Below, in pieces: positions 59,024 through 64,000 of a DNA stretch of 64,000 nucleotides. Numbering within the stretch: the stretch's first letter is position 1; every line of letters starts with the position of its first letter. A model generated the notes under the pieces. The model was not told where the DNA came from, did no database searches, and saw only the letters and a program-made list of their open reading frames with translations. Location of the stretch: NCBI GenBank assembly GCA_963798085.1, contig CAWCRS010000012.1:1-64000 (forward strand), given 5' to 3'. The translations under genes were made by a program, and so were the position numbers. Source of the stretch: an uncultured Gemmatimonadales bacterium (GTDB lineage: Bacteria > Gemmatimonadota > Gemmatimonadetes > Longimicrobiales > RSA9).

Positions 59024-60364
59024 ATGGGTTCGATCTCTCGCCGTGTCTTCTTCCGCAGCGGCTCGCTGGCGCTGCTGGCGCTGGGCATGCCCCCGCGTTT
59101 CCTGGAACGCTCGCTGCTCGCAGAAACACGCGCCGCGGCGCGCAAGAAGACACTGATCTGCATTTTCCAGCGGGGCGCAGTGGACGGTCTCAACATGGTG
59201 GTGCCGTACGGCGAGAAGGCGTACTACGCGCGCCGCCGTTCCATCGCGGTGCCGGCACCACGGTCCGGCGGCAATGGCGCGGTCGACCTGGACGGGTTCT
59301 TCGGACTGCACCCCGCGCTGGCGCCGGTGCACGACCTCTTTGCGCGCAAGGAGCTGGCGATCGTGCATGCGGTGGGCTCACCGAATCCGACGCGCTCGCA
59401 TTTTGACGCGCAAGACTTCATGGAAACCGCTGCGCCGGGCATGAAGGCGACGCGCGACGGCTGGCTGAACCGCGTGCTCAGCCACACCGGCGCGGGCTGC
59501 AGCTGCGGCACGGACGGGCGCACACTGGCGGACCCGCAGGCGCACGCCGCCGATCACGCGGCGGGCCAGGTCGCCATGGCGACATCGGCCAATGAGACGC
59601 TGCGCGGTGTTGCCATGGGCGCGGCGCTGCCGGTTTCGCTGCGCGGCCCGCACCCGGCGCTGGCCATCGACGACCTGTCGCGCTTCGGTGTGGCGGGCGG
59701 CCGCGATCCTTCGCTGGAGAGCGCGTTCCAGCGGCAGTACCACGAGGGCGGCGACCTGATCAGCAGTGCGGCGGACGAGGCGTTCGAGGCGATCCGCATT
59801 CTGAAGGCGGCGAATCTTTCGCAGTACCAGCCCGCGGCGGGCGTGCAGTATCCGCCGGGCGATTTCGGTCGCTCGCTCAGCCAGATCGCGCAGCTGATCA
59901 AGTCGGGCGTGGGCGTCGAGATCGCGTTCGCGGACATAGGCGGCTGGGACACGCACCAGGCGCAGGGCGGCGCGGACGGACAGCTGGCGCGGCGTCTCGA
60001 GGAGCTGGGCCGGGGACTGCGCGCGCTCTACGACGACCTGGGCGACCGCATGGATGATGTGGTGCTGCTGACCATGTCCGAGTTCGGCCGCACGGTGGCG
60101 GAGAACGGCTCGGGTGGCACGGACCACGGCCACGCCAACTGCATGCTGGTGATGGGCGGCAGTGTGCGCGGCGGGAAGGTGCTGGGCGAGTGGCCGGGCC
60201 TCGAGCCGGAGCAGCTCTACGAGGGCCGCGATCTGGCGCTGACCACGGATTTCCGCGACGTGTTCGCCGAGATCGTGGCGAGGCACCTGGGGACGGCGCA
60301 GCTGGCCGAGGTCTTCCCCGGGCACACGGTGGACGAGAAGAAGTTCCGCGGACTGCTGGGCTGA
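59024..60364 (+). CDS. DUF1501 family protein (Tat signal)
   Basis: SRRVF, RSHFDAQ, GGWDTH, SEFGRT and GTDHG motifs. Confidence 0.9.
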   Translation: MGSISRRVFFRSGSLALLALGMPPRFLERSLLAETRAAARKKTLICIFQRGAVDGLNMVVPYGEKAYYARRRSIAVPAPRSGGNGAVDLDGFFGLHPALAPVHDLFARKELAIVHAVGSPNPTRSHFDAQDFMETAAPGMKATRDGWLNRVLSHTGAGCSCGTDGRTLADPQAHAADHAAGQVAMATSANETLRGVAMGAALPVSLRGPHPALAIDDLSRFGVAGGRDPSLESAFQRQYHEGGDLISSAADEAFEAIRILKAANLSQYQPAAGVQYPPGDFGRSLSQIAQLIKSGVGVEIAFADIGGWDTHQAQGGADGQLARRLEELGRGLRALYDDLGDRMDDVVLLTMSEFGRTVAENGSGGTDHGHANCMLVMGGSVRGGKVLGEWPGLEPEQLYEGRDLALTTDFRDVFAEIVARHLGTAQLAEVFPGHTVDEKKFRGLLG

Positions 60365-60445
60365 CAGCCTGTCAGGTCCGCAGGCGAGAGGGCCGCCCGG
60401 CGCTGCGCCGCGGCGGCCCTCTGCGCGTCTGTTCCAAACAACTCG

Positions 60446-61763
60446 TTAGCGGGGCACGGTCACGTGGTAGCGGACAATGTGCTCGACGTCCAGCGAATCG
60501 CGGCTGAGCGCCCAGATGGTATCACCGCGAATCACCGGGCGCGGATAGGTGGAGAAGCCGCGGGGGGCGTGCACCATGCCCACGTAGTGGCCGTCGGGCT
60601 GGAACACGTCGAAAGCGACCGGCTCGCGGTAGCGTGGCTGCCGGGGCGGCGGCGGGCCGTTGCCAGTTCTCGCGCGCGGTTCCGCATCGAGTTCCGCAGC
60701 GGGGATGCGCTCACCGGGCTGTGACAGCTGCACCCAAATGCGCCCATCCTCGGCGACGAGCAGCGATATGTAGGGCGGCTTGGTGTCCGGAATGCCCGGT
60801 CCGTTCCATTTCCAGTCCGGCACCATGCTGCGCATGTTCGCGGTGGCGCTGTTCTCGGCATCCGCCTTCTCGTCCGCACTCACCGGCACGAGGTCCAGGA
60901 CGCGTTCGAATGCGACGGGGGTGGCTGCCGTCCATGAGCTGAATCGAGTACAATGTGCTGACGCCGCCCACGAAGTAGCCGAGCGGGCTGAACGTCCATT
61001 GCGCGGCCGGGCTGAAGGGCACGTTGTTGACCATGGTCGACGTGTTCTTGCCGGTCCGGTCCGATTTCTGGGCGCTGATCTCCGGCGCGTCGTAGTGCCA
61101 GTCGGGCACGGGAATGGTGTCCAGCGCCTGGCCGGCTGGCGAGTACTTCACCAGCGACGTCTTCCAGGGTGGCTTGCTGCCGAAGTCGATCGACGGGCTG
61201 TACGCGAATCCGGCGGTATCGACGAACATGGGTGTGGAGGTCTGGAAGCCGCCGCGATAGCGCCACTCGCCGCGCGGCTCGCCCTCGGGCGACCACAGCT
61301 GGAAGCGCGCATTGCCCTGGTCGCGCAGCACGATGCTGCCATCGTGCAGGATGGCCATGCCGCCGTCGGATGACTTGTACTCGCCCGGCCCCCCGCCCTG
61401 ATGGCCGATCGTCATCACGTACCTGCCCTCACGATCGTACTTGCGGAGCGCCGGCACCTGCGCGTCGTACACGTAGATGAAGCCCTCACGGTCGACGACC
61501 ATGCCGCGGATGTCGCCGAGCAGGTACTGGTCGTCGCCTTCCATTACGCCGATCGCCATGTCCTGCGTGAGGGAAACCGGTCCGGGCCATACGCCACCGG
61601 AGACGGTGCGCACCACCACCGTATCGCCCACCGTGTCGACCTGCGCCTCCCACTGCGAGGCGGCGCCCGCCTTTTCGGTGCACGCGTACCCGAGGCCTGC
61701 GGCGAGGACAGTGAGGGTGGCGAGGACGGCGGAAGAGGAGGGGCGAGAGGGTCGGGGTGGCAT
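60446..61763 (-). CDS. 6-bladed beta-propeller lipoprotein (frameshift near 60910)
   Basis: GGGPGEY NHL-like blade; C-terminal FDVFQPDGHYVG in a second ORF. Confidence 0.8.
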
Positions 61764-61861
61764 CGCTCATCTCCGGGTTCGGGGCGGGGACGGGGGGCAA
61801 CCTATTGGTCACCGGTGGTGGCGGCAATGGTTGCGGGGGCGCGCGATCACCGCGCGCGAGG

Positions 61862-62126
61862 ACACGGAGGACGGTGGGGGGTCGGAGGACAGATTTACGG
61901 AATATCACACAGAGGTTCACGGAGGATCGGGGGGCTCAGAGGACGGATTTACGGATCTATCACACAGAGGTTCACGGAGGGTCGGGGGGCTCAGAGGACG
62001 GATTTACACTTACACCGGGATCTATCACACAGAGGTTCACGGAGGATCGGGGGGCTCAGAGGACGGATTTACAGATCTATCACACAGAGGTTTAACGGAG
62101 GGTCACGGGGGGTTCAGAGGACGGAT
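61862..62126. repeat. ~55-bp tandem repeat x~4.5
   Basis: TATCACACAGAGGTTCACGGAGG..GGGGCTCAGAGGACGGATTTAC units. Confidence 0.9.
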
Positions 62127-62459
62127 GACGGAACGGCGGGAGGATCGGAAACTGTGCAACATTTTGTTAGGTGAATTACTGAACGCGTGACCTGGAACTC
62201 AGGGATGGGTTGCGTTGAATCCGTTGAAAAATGACTTATCTGGTGGCACGATGCTCCGTCGGGACGCTCGACCCTCCTCCGCTCGATCCGTACGACCGTG
62301 TGAGAATTGGGTGCATTGCCTGAGGGAAGCCCTGATGCAGAAACAGCGCCCCTCCGATGCCCCTGTGCGCCCTGTGTGAGAGAATCCGTTCTCTGCGTCG
62401 TCTCCGTCTTCCGCCCAACCTCCAGCAGCCGGTTGCCGGTGCCGCGCACCTCCGGGTCC

Positions 62460-63629
62460 TCACCGCAGGTCGATGAACTTCTTGTAGACGAGGTCGCCGT
62501 AGGTGGCGTAGCCGCCGCTGCGGAACTCCTCCACGAACGTGCTCATGTTCTGTAGCAGCTGGGTGCTGTAGTAGCCGGGCACGGCCTGGGGGTGGCCGTA
62601 GATGCGGCCGAAGAGGGAGCGGATCATGACGGTGCGGTCATTGAACGGCAGGGTGGCGACGCTCTGTGCGAAGCGATCGAATACGCGGTCCTGCCAGAGA
62701 TAGAACTCGACGTTGGACAGGTAGAAGGCGGAGAGGCTTTCGCCGCGTTCGCGCAGGTAGGCGCCGATCTCGCGTAGCGCATGATCGCCGGCGAAGTCGC
62801 CGGTGACGGGGATGAGCAGGTTCTTGGTCTCGAGTGTGCGCAGGTACTGGTAGCCATCTTCGGTGGCGAGCCAGGCGTCCTGGTGGCCGGCGCGGTCCGT
62901 CTCGAGCAGCAGCTGGCGGTAGGTGGGATAGGACGCACGCGGCGGCCGGCCATGACTGGCGTAGCGCAACTCGAGGCCGGCATCGAAGAACGTCGCATAC
63001 AATCTGATGACTGTGGCGAGGTCTTCCTCGGAGAGCGGCAGACCGTAGTGCTGCACGGCCTGGACGACCGCCTTGCTGGTGGCATCGAAGCGTTTGCGAT
63101 CGGGCGGCATCACATCGACGTACTCGACCAGATCGTTGATGGCGGTCTTGTGCCAGGTCGAAGGGTCGCGCGGCGGCTGGCGGCCGAACAGCAGGCAGAG
63201 GTATTCGATGCGCGTGGGCGCTTTCTGCATGAGCGCCTTGAAGAGGAAGTGCTCGAGCAGGTTGTCGCGGCGGATGTCGAGGATGAACGCGATGCGCGGG
63301 CGAATGGCCGTGATGTAGGAGAAGTTCTGGTCGGGCCCCACGCCCAGGTACGCGCCACCCACGACATTGAGCGCGCGCATCTTGCCGATCACGTGCAGGT
63401 ACGACGCCTCGTTCGAGATGATGTTGTCGGTATCGAAGTAGCCGCCGGGCTCGGAGATGCGCTGGATCAGGCGGCCGTATGCGCTGTCGCTGAGCGCCTC
63501 GGGCAGTCGCTCCTGCGCCTGCGTCAGCGTGGGCATGGGCGAGGCGTGCCGCTCGTGCGGCAGGAACGTGGCGGCCGCAGCGAAGCCGGCAAGCGCCAGG
63601 ATGGTGACGAGAGCGCGTCGCGTCAGCAC
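62460..63629 (-). CDS. Conserved hypothetical secreted protein, possible SAM-binding-like fold
   Basis: GGYFDTDNIISNE, YLGVGPDQN and FYLSNVE motifs. Confidence 0.75.
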   Translation of the reverse strand: MLTRRALVTILALAGFAAAATFLPHERHASPMPTLTQAQERLPEALSDSAYGRLIQRISEPGGYFDTDNIISNEASYLHVIGKMRALNVVGGAYLGVGPDQNFSYITAIRPRIAFILDIRRDNLLEHFLFKALMQKAPTRIEYLCLLFGRQPPRDPSTWHKTAINDLVEYVDVMPPDRKRFDATSKAVVQAVQHYGLPLSEEDLATVIRLYATFFDAGLELRYASHGRPPRASYPTYRQLLLETDRAGHQDAWLATEDGYQYLRTLETKNLLIPVTGDFAGDHALREIGAYLRERGESLSAFYLSNVEFYLWQDRVFDRFAQSVATLPFNDRTVMIRSLFGRIYGHPQAVPGYYSTQLLQNMSTFVEEFRSGGYATYGDLVYKKFIDLR

Positions 63630-64000
63630 TGCATTTCTCCGGCGAGCATGCCGTACACGACGACATCATGGAACTCGCCCCACTTCAGGACGTGGTGGCG
63701 CAGCACGCCTTCGGGACGCATGCCGATCTTCTGCATGACCCGACCGGATGCCGGATTGACGCTGAAGTGTCGTGCCAGGATGCGATGCAGGCGCAGTGTG
63801 GTGAAGCCGAAGCCGACGAGCGAGTGTGCGGCCTCGGTCGCGTAGCCGTTGCCCCAGTACGGCCGGCCGATCCAGTATCCCAGCTCGGCATGCTGGTGCG
63901 CGCGATCGATCTGCAGGCCGACGGCGCCGACCAGCTGGCGATCGTCGCGCTTCACGACGGCGCACATCATGGCACGTTCCGCGGCCCAGCGATCGGGATG
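63623..64000 (-). CDS. RimJ/RimL GNAT acetyltransferase (5' partial)
   Basis: ELGYWIGRPYWGNGYATEA and NPASGRVMQKIGM motifs. Confidence 0.9.
   Translation of the reverse strand, partial: HPDRWAAERAMMCAVVKRDDRQLVGAVGLQIDRAHQHAELGYWIGRPYWGNGYATEAAHSLVGFGFTTLRLHRILARHFSVNPASGRVMQKIGMRPEGVLRHHVLKWGEFHDVVVYGMLAGEMQC

Noticed and set aside
567..61763. Pseudogene or programmed-frameshift status for capV, HAD, CocE, TonB receptor, GntR and propeller genes
   Set aside because: Single-base indels are scattered across unrelated genes that keep intact motifs, which points to sequencing error. Read polishing would decide.

Overview
High-GC bacterial window; the gene content suggests Gemmatimonadota (inference). 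Many single-base frameshifts look like long-read errors. The main signal is 1-10.9 kb, an integron-like cassette array. Five 140-146 bp attC-like palindromic sites (1748, 2942, 5761, 6784, 7162) and a terminal half-site (7524) lie downstream of a co-oriented tyrosine recombinase. That recombinase lacks the IntI-specific insertion but has an extra N-terminal W-S-x5-W domain. Four of the five complete cassettes are bounded by their own 18-21 bp inverted repeat, always mismatched at position 11. Cargo: an SMC/Rad50-like ATPase with a small partner, a hypothetical gene, a HAD hydrolase, two duplicated ORF-less cassettes, and probably an inverted CBASS operon (CD-NTase end, E2, patatin). 10.7-16.5 kb is repeat-rich accessory DNA. 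The rest is ordinary chromosome: peptidases, transporters, a TonB receptor, an ECF/TolC/MacAB operon, kinases (one apparently degenerate), a GntR pair and DUF1800/1501. No tRNA, rRNA or CRISPR array was seen.
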